A DNA stretch of 64,000 nt, taken from an uncultured delta proteobacterium (lineage in GTDB: Bacteria; Desulfobacterota; Binatia; UBA9968). The translations under genes were made by a program, and so were the position numbers. The first letter of the stretch is position 1; the number at the start of each line of letters is the position of its first letter. This document shows, one piece after another, positions 54,467 to 62,463 of this stretch. The notes beneath the pieces are model-generated. The model had not been told where the DNA came from, made no database searches, and was given only the letters and a program-made list of their open reading frames with translations. The stretch is taken from NCBI GenBank assembly GCA_963847445.1, contig CAWJZV010000007.1:128001-192000 (forward strand), in the 5' to 3' direction.

Positions 54467-54503
54467 GGGACGTTGTTGACTAGCTGGACAAAGTTTTTGA
54501 AAA
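54467..54503. mobile_element. MITE family M, isolated left end
   Basis: GGGACGTTGTTGACTAGCTGGACAAAGT. Confidence 0.75.
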
Positions 54504-54683
54504 GGATCTTCCAAACCTAGAGGTTGCGATGCCGCTTGATGAGCAACCATTTTCCCGAGCTGCGAATTATCTCCGTTCTCAATTCAAACACCCCGACGCC
54601 GCGATTCGCAGTTTCGTAAGACCGCTCGGCATCTCGCTGGATACCGACGCAGCGTTCGTAGATCCGTCTGTCTAAGAATGCGC

Positions 54684-54893
54684 TCAGCTCGGCCGCGCGA
54701 GGATCTTCGCGTACAGCCGGTCGTACTCCCGCTGGTTGATCGCGCCTTCCTTCAGCGCGCGTTGCAGGTCAGTGAGTTCCTGTCCTTTGGAGATGGTCGT
54801 CGTGCCCTGCACTCGGACGTAGGTATCGCTGCCACATCCTGCGAGCGTTCCAATGACGAGCGCGGCGAGGGCAAAGTCAAAAATCTTTTGCAT
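54684..54893 (-). CDS. Small SHOCT-like lipoprotein
   Basis: LAGC lipobox; GQELTDLQRALKEGAINQREYD. Confidence 0.8.
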   Translation of the reverse strand: MQKIFDFALAALVIGTLAGCGSDTYVRVQGTTTISKGQELTDLQRALKEGAINQREYDRLYAKILARPS

Positions 54894-54912
54894 AAAGCGT
54901 CTCCGTCCGCCG

Positions 54913-55122
54913 TCACTTCACGTTGTCGATCAGCTGCTCTTTTTGGCGCTCGTAGTCGCGCTCGCTGACCGCGCCCGAGTCACGCGCCCTCTTGAGGTCG
55001 ATCAGCTGCTGCCCGACCGACACGCTGACCGTGGGCTGCAATACCTCGTTTCCGCCGCAACCCGCCGCCGTCAGCGTGGCTGCGAGTGCCGCCGCGGCTG
55101 TCATCCTCCGGCCTTTCGTCAT
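54913..55122 (-). CDS. Small SHOCT-like lipoprotein (paralogue)
   Basis: AAGC lipobox; GQQLIDLKRARDSGAVSERDYE. Confidence 0.8.
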   Translation of the reverse strand: MTKGRRMTAAAALAATLTAAGCGGNEVLQPTVSVSVGQQLIDLKRARDSGAVSERDYERQKEQLIDNVK

Positions 55123-55134
55123 CGCGTTCTCCCC

Positions 55135-55205
55135 TCAGGACCAGCGTCACTTCGAGCGCGCCGAGCTTCTCGACCGCGCACGCGACCTTGTCGCCAACCT
55201 TGAGC
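55135..55205 (-). pseudogene. Orphan 3' end resembling a fumarylacetoacetate hydrolase family gene
   Basis: LKVGDKVACAVEKLGALEVTLV. Confidence 0.5.
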
Positions 55206-55232
55206 TATTTATAGATATCTAAACCAACTTTT

Positions 55233-55269
55233 TCAATCCTTCGTACTCGCCGAGCGAGTTTTTGCTTCC
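55233..55269 (-). mobile_element. Short 3' stub of RAYT family B
   Basis: TCAATCCTTCGTACTCGCCGAGCGAGTTTTT matches 37032-37065. Confidence 0.65.
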
Positions 55270-55373
55270 GCAGAGGGGGGATGCCTCCACAGCTTTGTGC
55301 GTGCCGAACGGCGTGGTATACGACCATAGCATCGGCGGCAGCGAAGCACTGAAGAAAGAAGGAGAGAACGAGC

Positions 55374-56627
55374 GTGAGCGCTGTAGTTGAGTTGGATCTT
55401 CGCCCGACGGCGACGGCCGAGCTTTTTTCCGCGCTGTATCAGGCCTACTTGAAGCTCGAGCCGGGCACGCGCCTGCGCGCCATCGTCGATACCAATCCGC
55501 GACGTTCGTATATGGGCTTTGTCGAGGCGGGGATTGCGCATCGCATTGCGCGGCTTGGCGATGGTGAATGGGAATGGTCGGCTACGCGGGCAGCCTGGCA
55601 GCCGATGGGCAACGGGCCCGGGGTGCATCACATCGGCATCTCGCCCGACGGACGGCGCCTTTACGCGGTGGATCGCGAGCGCACGGTGTTCCTGTTCGAT
55701 ACCGAGCGCCAGCGCCTGACGGCGAGCGCCGCGGTGAACCAAGGAACCTCGCACCTGGCGGTGCACCCGCGCTCGGGCCGGGTGTACGTCTGCGAGCGCA
55801 GCACGCACAGCATGGTCAGGCTCGACGCCGAAACCCTCGAAACCCGCGGACGGATCGGCACCGGCGAGAGCCCTAATCTGCCGACGGCGGCGGAAGACGG
55901 CAGCGTCGTCATCCTGCCCGGAGGCAACGGCATCCTGACGGTAGCGCGCGACGACGCGGAGTTGCAGCGAACCAATTTACCGATCGGCGGCAAGCCCAGC
56001 GCTTCAACGGTAAGCCACGACGGGCGGCGCGCCTACGTTCCCGACGCGGCGCGCAACCTCCTGGTTAGCGTCGATCTGGAACAGGGAAGAGTGCTGGCCG
56101 AAACACCGGTGGGCGACGGCCCGTCTCATCCCATCGTCACGCCGGACGATCGCACGGTCTGCATCGCTAACTCGCGGTCGCACGACATCTCGCTGGTGGA
56201 CGCGCAGACTTTTCAACTTCTGGCGACGATCCCGAGCGGCGAGGCGGCGCATCAGACGACCCTGACGGCGGACGGCAACACACTGCTGGTAGCGAACTTC
56301 TTCGAGGACTCGGTGAGCGTCGTCGATCTGCCGAGCAGGACCCGCGCGGCGGTGGTGAAAGTCGGGCCGTATCCGCACGGCCTCGACATGGCTCCCGGCA
56401 ACCGCTACGCCGTCGCCACCCATTTCGGCGATCCCTGGGTCAGCATCATCGACGTGGTGGAACGTAAGGTCGCCGCCCGGGTGGCGGCCGGGCTCGGCTC
56501 TTCGCACACAACTTTTTCACCGGACGGCGAGCGCGCCTACGTCGCCAACAGTCTGGCCAACAGCGTAACGGTCATCGACTTGAACAGCCTCGAAGCGACC
56601 GCGCAGATCGACGCGAGCAAAGGATAA
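55374..56627 (+). CDS. DUF2249-like domain fused to a YVTN/YncE beta-propeller
   Basis: N-terminal LDLRP...LEPG..L..D.NP; repeated SPDG..YVAN..S.SV.D blades. Confidence 0.85.
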   Translation: MSAVVELDLRPTATAELFSALYQAYLKLEPGTRLRAIVDTNPRRSYMGFVEAGIAHRIARLGDGEWEWSATRAAWQPMGNGPGVHHIGISPDGRRLYAVDRERTVFLFDTERQRLTASAAVNQGTSHLAVHPRSGRVYVCERSTHSMVRLDAETLETRGRIGTGESPNLPTAAEDGSVVILPGGNGILTVARDDAELQRTNLPIGGKPSASTVSHDGRRAYVPDAARNLLVSVDLEQGRVLAETPVGDGPSHPIVTPDDRTVCIANSRSHDISLVDAQTFQLLATIPSGEAAHQTTLTADGNTLLVANFFEDSVSVVDLPSRTRAAVVKVGPYPHGLDMAPGNRYAVATHFGDPWVSIIDVVERKVAARVAAGLGSSHTTFSPDGERAYVANSLANSVTVIDLNSLEATAQIDASKG

Positions 56628-57028
56628 GCGGATCGTAAGATCGGGATCGGACCGGGGAAATCAGTCGAATTTGCGACAGAAGATAAAATGAAAGGCGTCT
56701 TTAAAAGCCTAGAGGCTACTTTTTCGCTCTAAAAAAACCCCGCTAAGAAAAGCCAATGCCCCACACTTTTGTTTAGGCCGTTCGAGTCGTTCAACCGCTT
56801 CGCTCAGTTCAAGCCGTTGAAGATGAAAACATCGAGAGCCTTGGAACTCAACCTGATCGGACCCCGCCACCTGACTGGTGCAGTAGTCAACGTTCAGAGC
56901 GCAGAATTGCGTTGACAGGCCGCAGAGTTTTCCCTAGCATTCCGGTGCGCCGAAGACTTTCGATCTTCGTGGAAGCATTCGAACGCTACCGGAGATTTTG
57001 GCGCAAGATTTTCAATGAGGTGGAAGGC

Positions 57029-58003
57029 ATGGCATGCTCTAGACGCACGGTGCAATTTCGACTTTTTGTCTGGACAATTCTTCCGGCAGTCGCGTTCGGC
57101 GCTGTTTTTCCCGACGTGACGGTCGCGCAGGCGCAAAAAATCAGAATCGCCTATTCGAGCCGCAGCAACACCGTCACGCCGTTATACGTCGCCGCCGACA
57201 AGGGCTTGTTTCGTGATGAAGGGCTGGAGGTGGAACTGATTCAGGTGAGCCCGCGCCTCGGCGCGATGGCGGTGATGAACGGCGACGTTGCGTTCACCAC
57301 GTCATTCACCAGTACCTTTCGGGCCATTCTTCAAGGCGTTCCACTGAAGCTGGTTTTAGTCGCGCTCAAAAAAGGCGTGTATTATTTGGTCACCCGGCCC
57401 GAAATCAAAAACGTCCAGGAGCTCAAAGGGAAAAAACTCGGGATCGCAACGATACGCGGCACCGACAGTATCGTCGCGGAGGAACTCCTCCGCTCAAAGG
57501 GGTTTAATCCCACTCAGCTCCAACAGATCGTCATCGGCGATACGGCGCTTCGAGCCCAGGCGCTCATGACCGGAGTTGTTCAGGCCGTGTCGTTGTCGCC
57601 GCCGCACGACCTGCTGCTTAAAAACTTGGGCTATAATATTTTGGCCGGCCCGCCCGAGGTCGGCTTGCCGGCGTCGGGTTTATTCACCTCGAATCGTCTG
57701 CTGAAAGAGAATCCGCAGGTGGTAAACCGAAGCTTGCGCGCGGTCCTTAGGGCCAATCGCTTTATCGCGGCGAACCGCCAGGAGACCATTGCCGTGATGT
57801 CAAAATGGCTGGCGCAGACTCAAGAGGTAGCGGGCCAGTCCTACGACGTTGAGCTAAAAGCGCTCACCAAAGACGGGCAAATGACCGACGCTGAGTTGGA
57901 AAGCCTGATCGATCGACTGGGCGAGAAAAAAGCTGCGTTGGACGGAGTGAGAGACTTCAATCCCATCCGCCAGGCGATCAAGGAATTAGACACCAAACAA
58001 TGA
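57029..58003 (+). CDS. ABC transporter substrate-binding protein (SsuA/THI5-like)
   Basis: DKGLFRDEGLEVELI, ELKGKKLGI. Confidence 0.9.
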   Translation: MACSRRTVQFRLFVWTILPAVAFGAVFPDVTVAQAQKIRIAYSSRSNTVTPLYVAADKGLFRDEGLEVELIQVSPRLGAMAVMNGDVAFTTSFTSTFRAILQGVPLKLVLVALKKGVYYLVTRPEIKNVQELKGKKLGIATIRGTDSIVAEELLRSKGFNPTQLQQIVIGDTALRAQALMTGVVQAVSLSPPHDLLLKNLGYNILAGPPEVGLPASGLFTSNRLLKENPQVVNRSLRAVLRANRFIAANRQETIAVMSKWLAQTQEVAGQSYDVELKALTKDGQMTDAELESLIDRLGEKKAALDGVRDFNPIRQAIKELDTKQ

Positions 58004-58126
58004 CGCAGAGTTCCTCTAAGAAAAACCGATGCCACGCGCTAATTAAGTAACGAAGCCGTGCAATCGCTTCGCTGCATTCAAAACGTTAAAAACTAACGGC
58101 GGTTAAAGGGTGCAAGTTTTCAAAGT

Positions 58127-58317
58127 TCAAGCACGGATTGGAATGGCACACTTCCACGCGTACGCAGTGACGGGCTCACTAAGACCCCTCAACGGATAGG
58201 ATCCGACGTCTTCCAGCTGGCTCTCGCAGCCCGCGCGTTCAACAAAGTCCTTCGAAAACAGCACCGATCGTTTGACCTCCTTGGTCAAGGCTTCGAGTCT
58301 TGACGCGATGTTGACCG
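58127..58317 (-). pseudogene. Duplicated 3' end of the adenylate/guanylate cyclase gene
   Basis: 58157-58317 matches 59081-59242 with mostly synonymous changes. Confidence 0.9.
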
Positions 58318-58363
58318 GGCGCTCCTTGCAGTGCGACAAATATGCGATCGCAAGACCGGGCGC
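58317..58363 (+). repeat. RAYT-end-derived hairpin, copy 6
   Basis: GGGCGCTCCTTGCAGTGCGACAAATATGCGATCGCAAGACCGGGCGC. Confidence 0.78.
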
Positions 58364-58378
58364 TAACCTCGTCGCTAT

Positions 58379-58600
58379 TCATGCGGCTGTTTCGGTCCAG
58401 ACTTGCCGCCACGCTGCGAATTCGGCGGGTCTTATCTCGTAGCGCGCGTAATTCCCTTCGTGCAGGCCGAGCAGTTCGCTTTCGGCCATCTCCCTGAATC
58501 GCTCGCGGTCGGCAGGAGCCACGTTCTCCTGGATCCATTGCGCGACGTGAGCGGCCGCCGCCTTCCGGGCCATGCGCCCGTGTATGACCTCGCTATATGC
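58379..58600 (-). pseudogene. Orphan 3' end of a Fic-family protein gene
   Basis: DRERFREMAESELLGLHEGNYARYEIRPAEFAAW, resembling the C-terminus of Fic proteins. Confidence 0.65.
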
Positions 58601-58745
58601 GCAATTAACCAATCTATACACAGTCATAGTTGCGCATAGTTGTTTAAAGCTGCGTTTATGTAGCATATGCGCAACTATGGAATCCCGCAGAGCCACCAGA
58701 CGCCTCTGTAAAATCAAGGCCTAACTGGTTACGCGCGGAGATTAC

Positions 58746-58794
58746 GGGTCGTGTATTGCGGTGCGACAAATCCGTGATTGCAAGACCTGGAACC
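58746..58794 (+). repeat. RAYT-end-derived hairpin, copy 7
   Basis: GGGTCGTGTATTGCGGTGCGACAAATCCGTGATTGCAAGACCTGGAACC. Confidence 0.78.
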
Positions 58795-58861
58795 GCACTT
58801 CGTACTTGTGGAATTGCTAATTCAGACGCTAATGTCCTAATCCAAGACTATACCGGTCACC

Positions 58862-59045
58862 CTAGTGTCCTGACCCAGAAGTTCGATGAATATGACCAAG
58901 CATTGACGAGAACGAACCCCCCTTGAAAAAGGGGGGAAGGGGGGATTTACGTATGCGCAATAGATTCAAATCCCCCTCTATCCCCCTTTTTCAAAGGGGG
59001 AAGTACAGAGCATTTAGTAAACGTATTTATGGACCAGGACACTAG
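58862..59045. mobile_element. MITE with CTAGTGTCCTG ends and internal CCCCC(T/A)n GGGGG palindromes
   Basis: CTAGTGTCCTGACCCAGAA...TTATGGACCAGGACACTAG; right CTAG overlaps the cyclase stop codon. Confidence 0.8.
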
Positions 59046-60224
59046 CTCGCTTGATTCCCCGCCACTTCGCCAGTTGAGAACGCGTACGCAGTGACGGGCT
59101 CACTAAGACCCCTCAACGGATACGGATCCGACGTCTTCCAGCTGGCTCTCGCAGCCAGCGCGTTCAACGAAATCCTTAGAAAACAGCACCGATCGTTTGA
59201 CCTCCTTGGTCAAGCTTTCGAGCCTCGACGCGATGTTGACCGCCGGCCCGATGACCGTAAAGTCGAGGCGATTGCGCGAGCCGATATTGCCGTACATGAC
59301 CTCGCCGACATGCACGCCGATGCCGTAGCCCAAGGCATCGCGCCCCGCCGACAGGTTTTGCTCGTTCAGCCTGGCGAGCGCCGTTTGCGCTTCGCCGATC
59401 GCGCGCAACAGATCGCCGCAGGCGGTCGGATTGCTAAGCGGAAAGATCGCCAGCAGGCCGTCACCCATGAACTTCAGGATCTCGCCGCCATTGCGCACGA
59501 TCGGCTCCGTCATGGCGTCGAAGTAGCCGTTTAGAATATCGATGACTTCATCCCGCGGCCGAAGGTTCGACATCGCGGTGAAGTTGCGCAGATCGCAGAT
59601 CAGGATCGCGGCATCGACCGTCACGCCGCTGCCGCGGGTGGTGGCGCCGGCAAGGATTTGTTCGCTGGCATGGGGACCGACATAGGTTTCCAGCAGCGTC
59701 CGGGCGAGCTGGTTCTTCAAGCGAATTTCGCTGACCAGAGCAAGGGCGGGGAGAATCTCGGCAAGCAATTCGACATGATCGTCGTCGAAGCCGCGCGGCG
59801 CATCGGTGGCGAAAGTAACCAGATGGCGCTTGCCCAGCGTGTGGTCGAGGGGCCAGGCGATGTAGTCGGTAAGCCCCTCGGCGCGCAGCTCCTCACACAG
59901 CGGATGATTCAAGATTTCCACTGCGCCGCTCTGCAGCCGCTGCCTGATCTCATTGGCGCCCTCGATGATCGCGCGCAGCGGGCTCTTCAAGAACTCCGCT
60001 GTCGCCTCGACGTGATAGCCGACGGTCTGTATCTCAGCGTCGCGCATGCCGCTGCGCCAGATGATCCGCGCGCCGAGCCATTGCGGATGGTGGGTGCGAA
60101 AGTGCAGGCTTGCCCTGGCCACCGGCACGCCGGCAACCCGCAGCCGGCTGCACAGCTCGACGAAGATCTTGTCGATCGCAGGTTCGTCGTGGGTTCCCCG
60201 CATCAGCCAATCCGTCGTCTTCAT
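59042..60224 (-). CDS. Adenylate/guanylate cyclase domain protein (GAF-like N-terminus); 1-bp insertion near 59123
   Basis: ICDLRNFT, KFMGDG, GNIGS.NRLDFTVIGPAVNIASRLE. Confidence 0.92.
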
Positions 60225-60594
60225 GATTTATAACCTCTCGCCCTGATGAAAGCTTTTTGGCTCTAGCTTCCGCCGGACCGCGAGCGTTCCCCCTTGCCCT
60301 TCTTTTTTTGAATGGTCTTTGCCGATTAAAACATTGGCTCGCCATAACTAATTGATCGTCCGTTATCGGACCGCTCTACGAATCGCTACTAACACGCGAC
60401 GCGCCGGCCTTTCAATCAAAAAGTAATCCCATCATCTCGTTCCACGAAACTGACTCAAGCACGACTCTTGGTTTTTTTCTTTCTCGGATTTGTTCTATAG
60501 ATTGCCTGCGAGCAAGACGGAGATCTTCACGCGTTGGGATTTGACGCGGGCAGACCCGTGACCGCGGGCCGGTCGGGATTGAAGGAAAAATCGA

Positions 60595-61554
60595 GTGGCA
60601 CCAGGAACGGTTCAAATACGCAGCGGCATTACATCAATTGTCGGCGGGTTTTTAGTTTCCGTTATTGTCGGTTACTTTAATGCCCGCGAGATCGACGTCC
60701 CATTTCCGACAGGGCTCATCTCACTGGTCATGATAGTCGGAGGGGCATTTCTGTATAGGCGCGGCCGCCAGTATAGGGCGAAGGCGACGGCCCAGAGTAT
60801 TATCGGGGACAACAAACCGGACGTCCTTTATCTAAGAGCGTTCGACACCGATAGTTCGGTCTTACGGTTTATCGGTTGGTCTTTTTTATTGCCTCGGTTG
60901 ATTGCAGGCGCCGTTACAGAGGAGGAACAACTAAGCGACGTTGTGCGACCTTTTGGCGACCTGGTAGCAATCGGCAGACCGGGTGAGAAGCTGCCCACAC
61001 CCGGGGCCGCCCGGTTATATGTGTCAGATGCGCAGTGGCAATCGGTGGTCAGCGATCAAATGCGCTCTGCTGCCCTGGTGATTATCAGAGCCGGTCACAG
61101 CACAGGCCTGAGGTGGGAGCTGAAACAGGCATTTGAAAGCCTGGATCCGACGAAATTGTTAGTCTTGGTTCTGAACATGAAGAAGAAGGATTATGCGGCA
61201 TTTAGACAAGAGATGAGTAAAATGCTCGGCGTTGTCTTTCCCGAGTTTGACGGATTCACCGGGTTCGGTCGAGTATCCGGCTTTGTCCGCTTCTCCTCCG
61301 ACTGGACACCCAGGATGTTACGGTTATACGCGCCATATTTGCGGCGCACGCTTTATAAGCCGTACCAGCCGCTTTTCCAATGCGCCCTGAAACCCGTTTT
61401 TGAAGACTTTGGCTTGGAGTGGCGGATGCCTCCAGTATCGATTTTAACCATTGTCATGAAGTTGCTGTTTGCGGGATTTGCGCTGCTTTTTTTCTTAGCC
61501 GGACTTATTATCATAGATGATTTTTTATCGCTGCACTGGTTTGATGACAGTTGA
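60595..61554 (+). CDS. Membrane protein with a conserved cytoplasmic Rossmann-like domain
   Basis: Two TM segments, LYLRAFDTD, EEEQL, VAIGRPGE.LP..GA.R, W...V, GLRWEL. Confidence 0.7.
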   Translation: MAPGTVQIRSGITSIVGGFLVSVIVGYFNAREIDVPFPTGLISLVMIVGGAFLYRRGRQYRAKATAQSIIGDNKPDVLYLRAFDTDSSVLRFIGWSFLLPRLIAGAVTEEEQLSDVVRPFGDLVAIGRPGEKLPTPGAARLYVSDAQWQSVVSDQMRSAALVIIRAGHSTGLRWELKQAFESLDPTKLLVLVLNMKKKDYAAFRQEMSKMLGVVFPEFDGFTGFGRVSGFVRFSSDWTPRMLRLYAPYLRRTLYKPYQPLFQCALKPVFEDFGLEWRMPPVSILTIVMKLLFAGFALLFFLAGLIIIDDFLSLHWFDDS

Positions 61555-61599
61555 TAGTTTCCCGATGCGCAGCGATCAATGAGTCCCTAGGCGGCGTGA

Positions 61600-62315
61600 T
61601 CAGCCTCTGGACGAAAGCCAGTATTCGGAATCCGCTGCTTCTTCATTTTCTAAGCCATTAGCAACCCGCAAGTAACGCTGAAGGTTTGTATAGGAGAAAA
61701 ATAGCGGCGTGTAATCATAGGAAAGATCAGCACGATTTCCCTGCCGCGAATCGGGCGAAACTCTGAACAACCCGAATTGCGTCAAAATCTCAAACGTCCG
61801 TGCCGTTTCGAATGTTGCGCCGACTGTTGGAGCATCGCTTGTCAAAATTATTCTGGCATTGCGGTCGTAGCGGTTGCGCCACGCGCTAATATTGCGGAGC
61901 GCGATAAACTGGGCGTCGCTGAGCCGCTTTGAGAGATCGACAGCCTGAGCATGGCTAAGGTTCGTCGAAGGCGCGCGCGTCCTTCGGAACACCGTAGAGG
62001 GCGCTGATGAATTTTATTCGTTCGGATGTGGAACTTCAGGTTTCTTCCCACGCAACTCGCCGCGCTAATCGATCGACCAGCTCTTCGTTCAGCCCACCGG
62101 AAAAATCCGCGGATTCAATTTCCAGCAGTTGACGCGGAATCGTCGCACGGCTGATAGAGTATGGGCACTGATCTTTTTGTGCTGTTCCAACGCGCGCCAG
62201 GAATGTTCCACTGATCTATCCAGATCGAAACGCCATGTTCCTTGAGAGCCTGTGCAAGCTGCAGGACAAAGTCCTGGTCCAATCGCGCATAACTGACAAA
62301 GACAGAATCGCCCAT
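61600..62315 (-). pseudogene. TIR-domain protein remnant
   Basis: MGDSVFVSYARLDQDFVLQLAQALKEHGVSIWIDQWNIPG breaks off early; a downstream fragment lies at 61600-61992. Confidence 0.65.
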
Positions 62316-62463
62316 AAACGCGTGCCGATTTTGGAGTGGAAACTAAAGTTTATGTTTGCTAGCGCGCCTTCACCGCGCTCTCGAACGGCCGGTCCCGTTA
62401 CAAACCTGCGGTTTCTACCAACGGTTTATCGGTTACTATCAGCGATTACCGCTGCCTATCTTT

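Noticed and set aside
43119-54503. Integron attC sites
   Set aside because: The ends run GTT...AAC rather than RYYYAAC...GTTRRRY, full copies are about 350 bp, and no tyrosine integrase is present.
231-58794. CRISPR array
   Set aside because: The repeats are dispersed hundreds of bases to kilobases apart without regular spacers, and no cas genes are present.
58157-59242. Diversity-generating retroelement TR/VR pair (also considered for 10743-11411 versus 16141-16809)
   Set aside because: Mismatches are mostly synonymous third positions rather than adenine-specific, and no reverse transcriptase is present.
4303-60224. Frameshifts in many genes (Rieske, crtU, crtY, dehydrogenase, ligase, amidohydrolase, PIN, HEPN, IS4, cyclase) read as programmed frameshifting or mass pseudogenisation
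   Set aside because: They are isolated 1-bp indels with intact motifs on both sides and no shared slippery site, so uncorrected long-read error is more likely; polishing is needed to decide.
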